From an uncultured Spirochaetaceae bacterium (GTDB taxonomy: Bacteria > Myxococcota_A > UBA9160 > UBA4427), in the NCBI GenBank assembly GCA_964457385.1, contig CAYWGW010000003.1, positions 1,124 to 60,801 on the forward strand: DNA of 59,678 bases. Direction: 5' to 3'. Positions within the stretch are counted from its first letter, which is position 1, and each line of letters starts with the position of its first letter. The translations under genes and the position numbers were made by a program. This document shows positions 36,258-46,624 of this stretch, one piece after another. The notes under the pieces were generated by a model, which searched no databases, was not told the DNA's origin, and was given only the letters and a program-made list of their open reading frames with translations.

Positions 36258-37163
36258 ATGAGCGAAATTCGCTTCGACGATCGTGTGGCAGTCATTACCG
36301 GTGCCGGCGGCGGGCTCGGTCGCACCTACGCGCTCGAGCTCGCCCGTCGCGGCGCGAAGGTGGTCGTGAACGATCTCGGCACCTCGACCGACGGCACGGG
36401 CGCCAGCTCGCGGATGGCCGATCAGGTCGTCAAGGAGATCACGGAAGCGGGGGGCACGGCCGTCGCGAACGACGATTCCGTGGCCACGCCCGAGGGCGGC
36501 GAGGCGATCGTCCAGACCGCGCTCGACAACTTCGGCCAGGTCGACATCGTCGTGAACAACGCGGGCATCCTGCGCGATAAAAGCTTCGTGAAGCTCTCGC
36601 GCGAGGAGCTCGAGCTCGTGCTCGACGTGCATCTGAAGGGCGCGTTCTTCGTTTCGCAGCCCGCCTTCCGGGCGATGAAGGAGCGCAACTACGGTCGCCT
36701 CGTCCATACCTCCTCGGCCGCGGGCATCTTCGGCAACTTCGGCCAGACCAACTACGGCGCCGCCAAGATGGGCATGGTGGGGCTCTCCAACGTGCTCGCC
36801 GTCGAAGGCGCGAAGAACAACATCAAGTCGAATGTGATCGCGCCGATTGCCCGTACGCGCATGACCGAGGATCTGCTGGGTCCCCTGGCCGAGCACGTGA
36901 AGCCCGAGTGCGTAACGCCCCTGGTCGTCTATCTCTGCTCGGAGCAATGCGAGGAGACCCACTCCATCTACTCGGTCGGTGGCGGCCGCTTCGCCCGGAT
37001 CTTCATCGGCATGGCCAAGGGCTGGTTCGCCGGCACGGGCGCCACGCCGAGTGCCGAGGAGATCGCGGCTCATTGGGACACGATCCACTCGGACTCGGAC
37101 TACGAGATCCCGGACTCGATCGCCGGCGAGATGAAGGCGCTGGTCGAGGCCTTCAAGAGCTGA
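36258..37163 (+). CDS. SDR, MFE-2/HSD17B4-type (3R)-hydroxyacyl-CoA dehydrogenase-like
   Basis: GAAGGAG lies about 9 nt upstream of the ATG. Motifs are 'VAVITGAGGGLGR', 'NNAGILRD', 'SSAAGIFGNFGQTNYGAAKMG' and a C-terminal extension. Confidence 0.88.
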   Translation: MSEIRFDDRVAVITGAGGGLGRTYALELARRGAKVVVNDLGTSTDGTGASSRMADQVVKEITEAGGTAVANDDSVATPEGGEAIVQTALDNFGQVDIVVNNAGILRDKSFVKLSREELELVLDVHLKGAFFVSQPAFRAMKERNYGRLVHTSSAAGIFGNFGQTNYGAAKMGMVGLSNVLAVEGAKNNIKSNVIAPIARTRMTEDLLGPLAEHVKPECVTPLVVYLCSEQCEETHSIYSVGGGRFARIFIGMAKGWFAGTGATPSAEEIAAHWDTIHSDSDYEIPDSIAGEMKALVEAFKS

Positions 37164-37668
37164 GCCGATCGGCCGTCGGCCGCCCCGCGGCAGCGTCCTC
37201 GATCAGGGCGTCGAGGGGCGGCCAATCGACGGCCGCCTGAGCGGCGAAGCTGCGCAGCAATAGCTCGCGATCCGGGTCGTCCGAGGTGGCGCGAAAGGCC
37301 TCCACCTTGCTCGCCAGCTCGCTGGCGTCGGGACAGGGGATCTCGTCGTCGCTGAGCACGCCCTCGTCGTGGGCGAGTCCGATCGAATCGAGCCATTCGG
37401 TCAGCAGGTCGAGACGGCATTTCAGGAAGTAGACGGCGAGCAGCTCTTCGGCGAGATCGCTCGACTGCACCCGGGCCAGCGCCCGCCGGATCGACGCAAC
37501 GCGCTTGGGCAGCGGCTGCTTCAGCAGGTATCGCGGTCGGAATCGGAGGGCGGCGGCGGCCGCGACCGCCGTTTGCTGGAAGGTCTCGGGCGAGGTCTCC
37601 GCGATCTTTGCGAACACGGCCTCGCATTGCTCTGGGGACATGGCGGCAAAGATCTGATGCGGTCGCAT
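37153..37668 (-). CDS. Hypothetical protein
   Basis: GC3-rich frame with balanced composition (MRPHQIFAAMSPEQCEAVFAKIAE...). No family recognised. Confidence 0.5.
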   Translation of the reverse strand: MRPHQIFAAMSPEQCEAVFAKIAETSPETFQQTAVAAAAALRFRPRYLLKQPLPKRVASIRRALARVQSSDLAEELLAVYFLKCRLDLLTEWLDSIGLAHDEGVLSDDEIPCPDASELASKVEAFRATSDDPDRELLLRSFAAQAAVDWPPLDALIEDAAAGRPTADRLSS

Positions 37669-37818
37669 GGAGTCTGGATCCTCGTATCGCGCTCGTGAAC
37701 CGACGTCGCGCCGGGCGCGCGGGCGGCATTCTGGCTCAGTCGGGTCGGGTAGTCGAGTCGTCGAGCGCTGGGTAGAACGTCGTTCAATCGATCTCGCCAC
37801 GGCGGTGGCCGGGCGTGA

Positions 37819-38214
37819 TCATGCCGCCACTGCGTCGGGTTTCGACTCGCTGCTCGCCGGGTGTCGGCGCCGGTGCATGCCGATCTTGACCACGCGCCAG
37901 ACGATGGCCCCCAGGATCAGTCCCCCTCCGCCGAGCAGCACGACGCGGGAGTAAGAGGACAGCCCGCACGCCACCCCCAGCACCCATCCCCCGTAGCGGC
38001 GCGCCATGCCGTACCAGCAGAGATCGGCGATCAGGGCACCGCCGACGGCGGCGGCGATGGCCCAGTGCAGCTCCATCGCGCCCCGGGCCGCGAAGGCGCC
38101 GGCCAGAACGAGCACCGGCCCGCTGGCCAGGGGCAACCCGGCGAACTCCGCAAACCCGACCACCAGCAGCAGCGCGTAGCCATGGGTCCGAAGCAACTCC
38201 TCCATGGCTTCCAT
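37819..38214 (-). CDS. Short DedA/VTT-like membrane protein (131 aa)
   Basis: 'HGYALLLVVGFAEFAGLPLASGPVLVLAGAFAA' resembles the DedA N-terminal re-entrant region, but the protein is shorter than typical DedA. The rest of ORF 37819..39078 overlaps ctaA out of frame. Confidence 0.5.
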   Translation of the reverse strand: MEAMEELLRTHGYALLLVVGFAEFAGLPLASGPVLVLAGAFAARGAMELHWAIAAAVGGALIADLCWYGMARRYGGWVLGVACGLSSYSRVVLLGGGGLILGAIVWRVVKIGMHRRRHPASSESKPDAVAA

Positions 38215-38246
38215 GGGAGGAACATACCCGGATCCACCGGGCTGGG

Positions 38247-39251
38247 TCAGGCGCCTACAGGCGGACGCTTCGGGTCGGACGCCGCGGGTCCCCGCCAGGC
38301 CTCGCGGACGCCGACGCCCACCGTGCAGCAGAGCGCCGCCGCCAGCGCGGAGTGGAGGCCCGTCACCTCGACCGGAATCCGCAGCAGCACGTTGGCGACG
38401 CCGACCCCGACCTGGATCAGCGCGACGACTGCCGCCAGCCCGAGCCAGCGTCGACTGGGCGGATGCCGCCGAGTGAGTCCGGCCGCGACGAAGATCGCGA
38501 GGACGAGGGCATAGCCCACGGTCCGATGCAGTACGTGCAATCCCCGAACGCCGGTCCAGTCCGGAAACCACGCGCCGTCGATGCAGGTCGGCCAATCGGG
38601 GCAGGCCAGGCCCGCGTAGTTCGAGGACACGAGACCGCCCAGCACGATCTGCACGAAGAGCAGGGCCCCGGCCGCAGTCACGGCCGCAAGGGGCAGCCGG
38701 GCGAGGGGCTGGCAGTGCTGCGCCGCGGGCGGGGCGCCTGCCTCCGTTGCGCGAGGCGGAGCCAGCGCCAACAGTCGACGACCCAACAGCACGAGCGCCA
38801 GCGCGAAGGCGTTCCCGGTCACGAGATGCGAGGTGACGGTCCAGGACGCCAGCAGCTGAAGAACCGTCAATCCGCCGAGCACGATCTGGATCGCGAGCAG
38901 TGTGCCGGTCACGACGACACCCGGGAGCATCGCCCCGCGCAGGTGGGACCGCCGCAGGGTCAACGCCGACAAGGCGGCAAAGATCAGCGCGACGCTGCCC
39001 GCCAGCGCCCGATGGCCCCACTCGAAGGCGACCTTGAAGTCGAAGCGTGGCACGACCTCCCCGAAGCAGAGCGGCCAATCGGGACAGGCGAGACCCGCGC
39101 CATGGGCCCGCACGAGGGCCCCGAGTACGACGAGGACGTAGGTCGCACCGGCGAGGGCCAGGAAGCCCAGACCGAGGGCACGGGTCGCGTCGCGGGCGTC
39201 GCGCGTCCGGTAGTGGGAGCTCGTTTGAAGCGTGTCGAGGGTCTGCGCCAT
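38247..39251 (-). CDS. ctaA: Heme A synthase (COX15/CtaA)
   Basis: It has the duplicated 4-TM halves, each with a 'GLACPDWPLC' / 'GLACPDWPTC' Cys pair. Conserved His sites are present ('EWGHRALAG', 'LHRTVGYAL', 'GLHSALAA'). Confidence 0.87.
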   Translation of the reverse strand: MAQTLDTLQTSSHYRTRDARDATRALGLGFLALAGATYVLVVLGALVRAHGAGLACPDWPLCFGEVVPRFDFKVAFEWGHRALAGSVALIFAALSALTLRRSHLRGAMLPGVVVTGTLLAIQIVLGGLTVLQLLASWTVTSHLVTGNAFALALVLLGRRLLALAPPRATEAGAPPAAQHCQPLARLPLAAVTAAGALLFVQIVLGGLVSSNYAGLACPDWPTCIDGAWFPDWTGVRGLHVLHRTVGYALVLAIFVAAGLTRRHPPSRRWLGLAAVVALIQVGVGVANVLLRIPVEVTGLHSALAAALCCTVGVGVREAWRGPAASDPKRPPVGA

Positions 39252-39444
39252 GCGGATGTCTCGAGCAGGAGTCGTCTCGGGCCGGGAACGAGAGGACTGG
39301 AAGCGCGGACTCTAGGAAATGGATGGACCGCGTGCTCGGCCTCCGAGTGGATCACGGGACCGACGCTGAAACCCCATGGGGCCCAACCGTGCTTCTCGAT
39401 CCGTTCTTCAGATTCGCGTGCGAGACGTCGATAGAGAACCTGTT

Positions 39445-39867
39445 ATGGTCGTAGAGCAAATGACTCGTGATCGAAACGACGATCCGCGCAAGCTCATCCA
39501 GATGATCTCGCGCGTTTCGGATCTCGCGGAATCCCATGCCGTCTGCTCGGTGGTGGTCGGCATTGCCGCACCGGAGGGAGACCTGCTCTTCCCCGACTAC
39601 GTATCCTACCTCGAGAGCGCTCTGCGAGTCGAAGACCAGATCTTCCGTATGACGCGAGAGCGGGCGGTCCTGTATCTCGCGGACGTGGATGCGGCCTGTG
39701 CAGCCGAGATCCTGGTGCGACTCTTCGGGCAGTTCTGCGACGAGTTCCCGTCGGCCGACGCGCCCAGCTTCGAGCAGCGCATGATCGAGGTCCGTCCCGG
39801 CCTGGGGCCCTTGTCGGTGAAGAACGTCCTGACCTCGGTCTTCGGGGCCTCCGACCCGGTCCACTGA
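39445..39867 (+). CDS. Hypothetical protein (possibly a degenerate nucleotide-cyclase/GGDEF-like fold)
   Basis: The coding-like frame begins MVVEQMTRDRNDDPRKLIQMISR. '...LRVEDQIFRMTRERAVLYLADVDAACAAEILVRL' loosely recalls the GGDEF core but has no GGDEF motif. The fold guess is weak. Confidence 0.45.
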   Translation: MVVEQMTRDRNDDPRKLIQMISRVSDLAESHAVCSVVVGIAAPEGDLLFPDYVSYLESALRVEDQIFRMTRERAVLYLADVDAACAAEILVRLFGQFCDEFPSADAPSFEQRMIEVRPGLGPLSVKNVLTSVFGASDPVH

Positions 39868-39925
39868 CCCCGGTGGCCCGACCCCATCCGACGGGCTCCG
39901 GCCAACGAACGCCGACAGGCACGCG

Positions 39926-40774
39926 CTAGCGCGACGCGTCGTCCGGCACCCCGGGATCGGCGGCATCGGATCCAACGCCGCTCGGCTCGCCGACGACTCC
40001 TCGCGATGATTCTCTGAAGAGGGGGCCGAGCCGACGGGCCCAGGGTCCGGGCTCGCCGCTCCCGACAGGGCGGCCATCGAACTCCACGATCGGTGCGATT
40101 CCGCGGACGACGTTCACGGCGATCAGCTCTTGCACCGAGCCCAGCGCGTGCCGGTCCAGCCGGACCTCTCGGAGCGCGGGCGTATGCTCCCATACGATCG
40201 TGAGGCCGATCCCTTCGACCGCTCCCAGGGAGAGCGCCGGCGTTTGCAATTCGCCGTCCCCGGTCGCGAACAAGAGGTTCGTGAAGCTCCCCTCGACGAC
40301 TTGGCCCTCCCCGTCGAAGAGCATCACCTCGTCCACGTCGCCGACCGCCGCCTCGGCGCGGGCGCTGTCGTAGGCGGCGACGCCGATCTGCTTCGTGTTG
40401 CAGCGGGCTCCCGGGCCGGGATGCCGGGTGAGCGCGCTGCGCGCACGCCAGCGGTCCGGGGCGGGCGCGAGCGCCCGGGCGCTGGCCCGCAGCCGCGCAG
40501 AGCCTGCGTCGGTTGCCGCCGACCATTCGATGCGTACGATGCCTTCTGCGGGGGGCGGGAAGTGCCGCGTCGCCGTCTCGATCAGCAGTCGGGCGATCTG
40601 GCCCCGGTCGGGGATCCGGAGCCCGAGGCGACCGGCGTCCCGTCGCAGGCGTTCGACGTGGCGGTCGATTCGGGCCGGCTGGCCCCGCAGCACGCGGACC
40701 GTCGTGCAGCAGCCCAGGTGGCCTGCGTTGAAGTCCGCCGAGGAGCGGGTCGCGTCCCGCCCGGATGCGACCAT
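39926..40774 (-). CDS. Class IV (fold type IV) PLP aminotransferase / aminodeoxychorismate lyase-like
   Basis: 'IDRHVERLRRDAGRLGL', 'NTKQIGVAAYDSARAEA' and 'EGSFTNLLF...TPALSLGAVEGIGL' fit the family. Confidence 0.72.
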   Translation of the reverse strand: MVASGRDATRSSADFNAGHLGCCTTVRVLRGQPARIDRHVERLRRDAGRLGLRIPDRGQIARLLIETATRHFPPPAEGIVRIEWSAATDAGSARLRASARALAPAPDRWRARSALTRHPGPGARCNTKQIGVAAYDSARAEAAVGDVDEVMLFDGEGQVVEGSFTNLLFATGDGELQTPALSLGAVEGIGLTIVWEHTPALREVRLDRHALGSVQELIAVNVVRGIAPIVEFDGRPVGSGEPGPWARRLGPLFRESSRGVVGEPSGVGSDAADPGVPDDASR

Positions 40775-40781
40775 GTCCTCG

Positions 40782-42068
<1,287 letters not shown>

Positions 42069-42423
42069 GTCAGGCTCCTTCCGTCTCGTTCTCTCTTCGT
42101 TCGCTCTCTGTCGCTCGTTTCGATCGATCTTGCGATCGCATTCGTGATCGATCTGCGCTTACACGCCTCACGGAAGCCGTTCGAGCGCGCTCTCGCGCAT
42201 TCGTGTGTTTCACGGTCCCGGATCGGCGCTGTGATTCCGGCTGCGATGGGATGCGGCCCGATTTCCGACGGAGCCTCTTGCCGAGTCTAGAGTGCCATCG
42301 GATTCTGTGCAGGGTAGCGAATCCGGTCCACGCGAGGCAGGCCGCCGAATCGGAAACGCGCGTGGATCCGCATTGCCGGGGAGCTTCGACTGCCGAACCG
42401 GTCCAACCCGGGCGGAATCCCGA

Positions 42424-44106
42424 TCACGGGTCGTCGCGCCCGCTCGTCGTCGATGGGTGCGGCTCCCGGCGCGCGCCCGGGCCGGCGACGGCGATGGAGC
42501 GTCGGCCGCTGCGCAGACGCGTGATCTCCCTCAAATTCTGCTCCGATTTCTGCTCCGGTTTCTGCTCCGACTGAAGCGCCTCGAGATGGCGGGTCCGCAG
42601 GATGACCCGCTGGCCGCCGGCGGCGAGGAAGCGTTCGAGCTGAGCCGGCGTCTGGAGCGAGGCGACGGACCGCCCCGAGTAGTAGGTGATCCCGCCTTCG
42701 AGTGGCCGCAGGGCGTAGACCCCGATCGCCTGCGACGGCTCGAGGCCGGCGGCGGCCGCCTCCGCGATCGGCCGCGGAGACTTCTCCGCGTGCAGTCGCG
42801 GCAGCACGCCGACGAAGATCGCCCACTCGAGCAGCGCGACACCGACGACGATCCGGGCCAGGGCGGTCAGCGAGAGACCCTTCCAGCGTCTTTCGGGACG
42901 GGGCTGCGCCTCGATCACGACCGCGACCGCGATCAACGCCAGGGCCGGAAATAGCGGCAACAGATAGAGTCCGCGCTTTCCCGCCGAGAGGGTGAAGAAC
43001 ACCAACGGCAGGCCGATCCAGGCGAGCAGGAAGCGTGCCGCCGTCCGACGGGACGGATCGGGCGGATCGGGAGCCGGGAGGCCGGCTTCGAAGGTGGACG
43101 CGGAAGGCCGCGCCCTGGCCCAATGCCAGACGACCGGCAGGGCGAAGGGCAGCAGCAGCGACCAGGGCAGGAAGTCGAGCGGAAGCTGATAGGCGTAGTA
43201 GTAGAAGGGCCTCGCATGGGAGGTGCCCTCGAAGAAGCGTCCGATCAGGTTCTCGGCAACGGCGCGTTCGGCGAAGCCAGCCGGCGCGAGCGTCACCGCG
43301 CTCGTAATCCAGACTGTGACGGGGGCGACCGAGAGCAGCCAGGCCCAGGGTGGGACGAGGCTTCGGAAAGCCCGGAGACGACCCTCCCACGCGAGGTAGC
43401 CCGCAAAGACGACCAGCGGCAGCCAGCCGACAGGGCCTTTCACCAGAGCTGCGGCGCCCAGTGCTCCGTGCAGGCCAACCAGCGCGGCCGGATGTGCCCT
43501 CGATCGCTCGATGCCGCCCCGCCGCCATTCGAGCCAGAGGAAGATCACGATCGCCAGCAGCTCGAAGAAGGTCAGCAGCACGTCGAGCTGGACCCGTCGC
43601 GCGGTCCAGGCGAAACGGAAGCTCGTTGCGAGCAACCCGGCGGCGAGCAGCGACGCCCCGGCGTGGCCGAGCAGCCAACGTCCGAGCACTGCGGTGAGCC
43701 CCACGCAGCCCACACCCGCCAGGGCCGAGGGCAGGCGCGCCGCGAGCTCGTCCACGCGGCCGAAGGGCAGTCCCGCCAGCGCCGCGAGCCAGAAGTAGAG
43801 AGGGGGCTTCTGGGTATAGGAGGCGTCGTTCAGATGCAGCAGCACGAGCCCCGACGCGCCATGGCGAAAGGATCGAAGCTCCTCGGCGATCGCTCCGTAG
43901 CGGGGCTCGTCCGGCGCCCAGAGATCCCGCGCTCCGAGTCCCAGTCCGTAGAGCAACCCGACGGCCAGCAGCAGGGCGACGAGCGGGCGCCTCGGGCCGC
44001 ATCTACCCCATCGCCGCCATTGCGGGCGGCGGCGGGGGGATGACGAGCCGGGCTCCTGCTCCTGCTCGGCTCGCGATCGGAGGCTTTGCGCGGACGGCTT
44101 CTGCAC
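42424..44106 (-). CDS. GT-C fold glycosyltransferase family 39 (ArnT/PMT-like)
   Basis: 'ARDLWAPDEPRYGAIAEEL...NDASYTQKPPLYFWLAALAG' is the typical first-loop DE/PPL signature. It has more than 10 TM segments. The longest ORF reaches 44211 but would overlap the divergent gene, so I place the start at GTG 44106. Start uncertain. Confidence 0.8.
   Translation of the reverse strand: MQKPSAQSLRSRAEQEQEPGSSSPRRRPQWRRWGRCGPRRPLVALLLAVGLLYGLGLGARDLWAPDEPRYGAIAEELRSFRHGASGLVLLHLNDASYTQKPPLYFWLAALAGLPFGRVDELAARLPSALAGVGCVGLTAVLGRWLLGHAGASLLAAGLLATSFRFAWTARRVQLDVLLTFFELLAIVIFLWLEWRRGGIERSRAHPAALVGLHGALGAAALVKGPVGWLPLVVFAGYLAWEGRLRAFRSLVPPWAWLLSVAPVTVWITSAVTLAPAGFAERAVAENLIGRFFEGTSHARPFYYYAYQLPLDFLPWSLLLPFALPVVWHWARARPSASTFEAGLPAPDPPDPSRRTAARFLLAWIGLPLVFFTLSAGKRGLYLLPLFPALALIAVAVVIEAQPRPERRWKGLSLTALARIVVGVALLEWAIFVGVLPRLHAEKSPRPIAEAAAAGLEPSQAIGVYALRPLEGGITYYSGRSVASLQTPAQLERFLAAGGQRVILRTRHLEALQSEQKPEQKSEQNLREITRLRSGRRSIAVAGPGARREPHPSTTSGRDDP
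42536..42571. repeat. 3 x 12-nt in-frame tandem repeat (ttctgctccgat/ggt/gac) inside the GT39 C-terminal tail
   Basis: Read directly. On the minus strand it encodes the SEQKPEQKSEQN segment. Confidence 0.8.
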
Positions 44107-44140
44107 GGATGCGATCGACGTTACCTTCTGGATCCAGGAG

Positions 44141-44785
44141 GTGCCGGTGTCAGAGACTGCGCTCGGGGTCGGACGCGACGAGAGAGAGCTCCTCGGCGAG
44201 CTCGAGAGCATGATCGCGGATCGGGCCGTTGCGCCCGATCGGATCGCCCGTCTGCTCGATGGGCTTTCGGGCGAGCTGCGGCCCCGGGTGGTGCGGCGCC
44301 TCGGCCGCAGCGCCCAGCGAGGACTCTACGAGAAGGTCGAGGCACAGGCGGCGCTGGCACTCGTGGATCTCGTTCCCCCGCACTGCGGCGATTTCGAGTC
44401 GGTTCGTCATCTCGGACGCAATACGCTGCCCGCCTTCCGGATCTTCGAGAAGCGTTTCTGCCGACTGCCTGGCGAGGATCCGGCTTCACCGAAAAGTCTC
44501 GCGGGCTACAACTTCCAGGCCCTGTCGAAGCTCACGGGACCGGGCTACTTCGTGGCCCGGGAGGATCCCGAGCGCGCCGAGGTGTTGGTCGACTACACGC
44601 AGCTGCCCGAGCTGCGACCGCCGGACTGGCCGGCGATTCGCTCCAACGAAGGCGGCCTCGCGCGCTTCGTCTACGGCTTCATGGTCGATCGACTGCGTCG
44701 CGTGTCGGAGCACGTCACGATCGGCTCGGCCTTCCGCCGCGGCCGCGCGCTAGGTAGCTACTTCGTCCTGAGCCGCGCGGAGTAG
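44141..44785 (+). CDS. Hypothetical protein between the GT39 and GT2 genes
   Basis: 214-aa GC3-rich frame with balanced composition (…GYNFQALSKLTGPGYFVAREDPERAEVLVDYTQLPEL…). No family recognised. The start may be the internal Met at 44210. Confidence 0.55.
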   Translation: MPVSETALGVGRDERELLGELESMIADRAVAPDRIARLLDGLSGELRPRVVRRLGRSAQRGLYEKVEAQAALALVDLVPPHCGDFESVRHLGRNTLPAFRIFEKRFCRLPGEDPASPKSLAGYNFQALSKLTGPGYFVAREDPERAEVLVDYTQLPELRPPDWPAIRSNEGGLARFVYGFMVDRLRRVSEHVTIGSAFRRGRALGSYFVLSRAE

Positions 44786-44793
44786 CCCGGCGG

Positions 44794-45525
44794 ATGAGCG
44801 ATCCGACCCTCTCGATCGTGATTCCCTTTCGAGACGAGGCGGCCTCTCTCGGCATCCTGTACGAGGAGCTCGTGGCCGCGCTGGGCGGGATCGGGCTGCC
44901 GGCCGAAATGCTCTTCGTCGACGATGAGAGTCGCGACGAGGGTCGGGCCGTCGTGCTGGAGCGGGCCGCCTGCGATCCGCGCGTTCGGCTTCTCTATCTG
45001 ACGTCCCAGGCGGGACAGTCCGCGGCGCTGGAGGCGGGGTTCCGCGCCGCCCGCGGCTCGCTCGTGGCGATGCTCGATGCGGACCTGCAGAACGATCCCG
45101 CGGATCTGCCGCGACTGCTCGCAGCCCTCGAGACGCAGAGGGCCGATTGCGTGACCGGTGTCCGGAGCCGGCGGCGCGATCCGTGGCCCAAGCGACTCGC
45201 ATCGCGGGTCGCCAACACCGTCCGGCGTCGTGTGCTGGGCGATGGTCTGCACGACATCGGCTGCTCCCTGCGCGTCATGCGCGCCGAGCCCCTGGCGCGG
45301 GTGAAGCTCTTCCGCGGTGCCCACCGCTTCCTGCCCGTCCTGTTGCAGCTGGAGGGAGCGCGGGTCGTCGAGCTTCCGGTGCGTCATCGGGCCCGGCGCT
45401 TCGGGGTCTCGAAATACGGCATCCGACGGCGATTGGGCGCCGCGGGGCTCGACCTCCTCGGTGTACTCTGGCTCCGCAGCCGGACGACGCGCTTCGACGT
45501 GAAGGAACTCAGCCGGCGCGCTTGA
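44794..45525 (+). CDS. GT2 polyprenyl-phosphate glycosyltransferase (ArnC/DPM1-like)
   Basis: 'LSIVIPFRDEAASL', 'LFVDDESRDEG', 'VAMLDADLQNDPADL' (DxD) and the C-terminal 'RRFGVSKYG' fit the family. Confidence 0.88.
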   Translation: MSDPTLSIVIPFRDEAASLGILYEELVAALGGIGLPAEMLFVDDESRDEGRAVVLERAACDPRVRLLYLTSQAGQSAALEAGFRAARGSLVAMLDADLQNDPADLPRLLAALETQRADCVTGVRSRRRDPWPKRLASRVANTVRRRVLGDGLHDIGCSLRVMRAEPLARVKLFRGAHRFLPVLLQLEGARVVELPVRHRARRFGVSKYGIRRRLGAAGLDLLGVLWLRSRTTRFDVKELSRRA

Positions 45526-45901
45526 CCTTGAAGCCGCGTCGCTCGAGCTCGGCGACGAGGGCGTCCCGGTGGTCGCCCTGGATCTCGATCACGTCGTCCT
45601 TGAGCGCTCCGCCCGTGCCACAACGACGCTTGAGCTCGCCCGTCAGGGCCGAGAGCTCGTCGGCCGCGAGCGGCACCCCTGCGATGGTCGTGACGACCTT
45701 GCCGCGTCGTCCCTTGGTGGATCGCCCGATCCGGACGACGCCATCGGAGGCTCCCGCGGTCTCCTCGGCCGCTCGGGCCCGCACGCGTGCCCGCGCGCTC
45801 TTCCCGCGGCACTGACAGCGCGATTCGCTGCGACCGCAGCCGGGGCAGACGCGTCCGTGCTCGCTCGAGTAGACGAGTCGATCCCCGCCGCTCGGGCTCA
45901 T
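45509..45901 (-). CDS. yciH: SUI1-family translation initiation factor (YciH)
   Basis: The Cys-rich N-terminus reads 'CPGCGRSESRCQC'. The SUI1 domain reads 'VRIGRSTKGRRGKVVTTIAGVPL...LKRRCGTGGALKDDVIEIQGDHRD'. Confidence 0.88.
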   Translation of the reverse strand: MSPSGGDRLVYSSEHGRVCPGCGRSESRCQCRGKSARARVRARAAEETAGASDGVVRIGRSTKGRRGKVVTTIAGVPLAADELSALTGELKRRCGTGGALKDDVIEIQGDHRDALVAELERRGFKVKRAG

Positions 45902-46323
45902 GAACCCGCTCCGCCTCCCAGCAATCGCCGATGCTCGACCATGAGGCAGCGGTCCTGGACGACCTGGATGCCCGCCTCGCGCAGACGCTGTGCCGACACG
46001 CCGTGGTGGATGCCGAGCTGCATCCAGACCGCGCGCGGTCGCGGGTCGAGGGCGAGGATCTCGTCGACGTGGGCCGGGACGTGCTCCGACGCGCGGAAGA
46101 GGTTCACCAGATCGATCGGCTCCCGGATCTGGTCGAGTCGGGCGAAGCAGGGCACTTCAAGGACGCGTTCGAGCTTCGGGTTCACCGGCAGGATCCGATA
46201 TCCGGCCTGCTGCAGGTAGAGCGGAATCCGGTAGGCGTCGTCGTGGACGCCGTCCTTGACCCCGACGACCGCGATCGTTCGGGTCGACTTCAACAGCTCG
46301 ACGAGGTCTGCATCGCTCTCCAT
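45898..46323 (-). CDS. CoA-binding domain protein (YccU/YneT-like)
   Basis: 'TIAVVGVKDGVHDDAYRIPLYLQQAGYRILPVNP...IDLVNLFR' matches the family. The stop overlaps the yciH start (ATGA). Confidence 0.85.
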   Translation of the reverse strand: MESDADLVELLKSTRTIAVVGVKDGVHDDAYRIPLYLQQAGYRILPVNPKLERVLEVPCFARLDQIREPIDLVNLFRASEHVPAHVDEILALDPRPRAVWMQLGIHHGVSAQRLREAGIQVVQDRCLMVEHRRLLGGGAGS

Positions 46324-46624
46324 GTTCCCCCGACCCTTCTCGCTTCGGCCCGTGCTTCCGCCCGTCTCCCGGCGGCCCATCATGCGCCGCCCCGCGCCAC
46401 CGCCCCGCTCGGCCGCGGGCGTCTCGCGACTCCGGAAAACGGAAAGGTTAGCCCTTTCGCCGTGCGGGAGGGATGGGAGCGCTCCGCTCGCTCGTGGACG
46501 TTCGTCCGACCGCGGGCATTCATCTGATCTTGCCATTTCGGTGGCGATCGCGTGGGGTGCGGGGGCGGCCGATCCGTCTCCGAGTCGGTCGACACCGGGA
46601 AGGGCAAGGGATAGGTTCCCGTCC

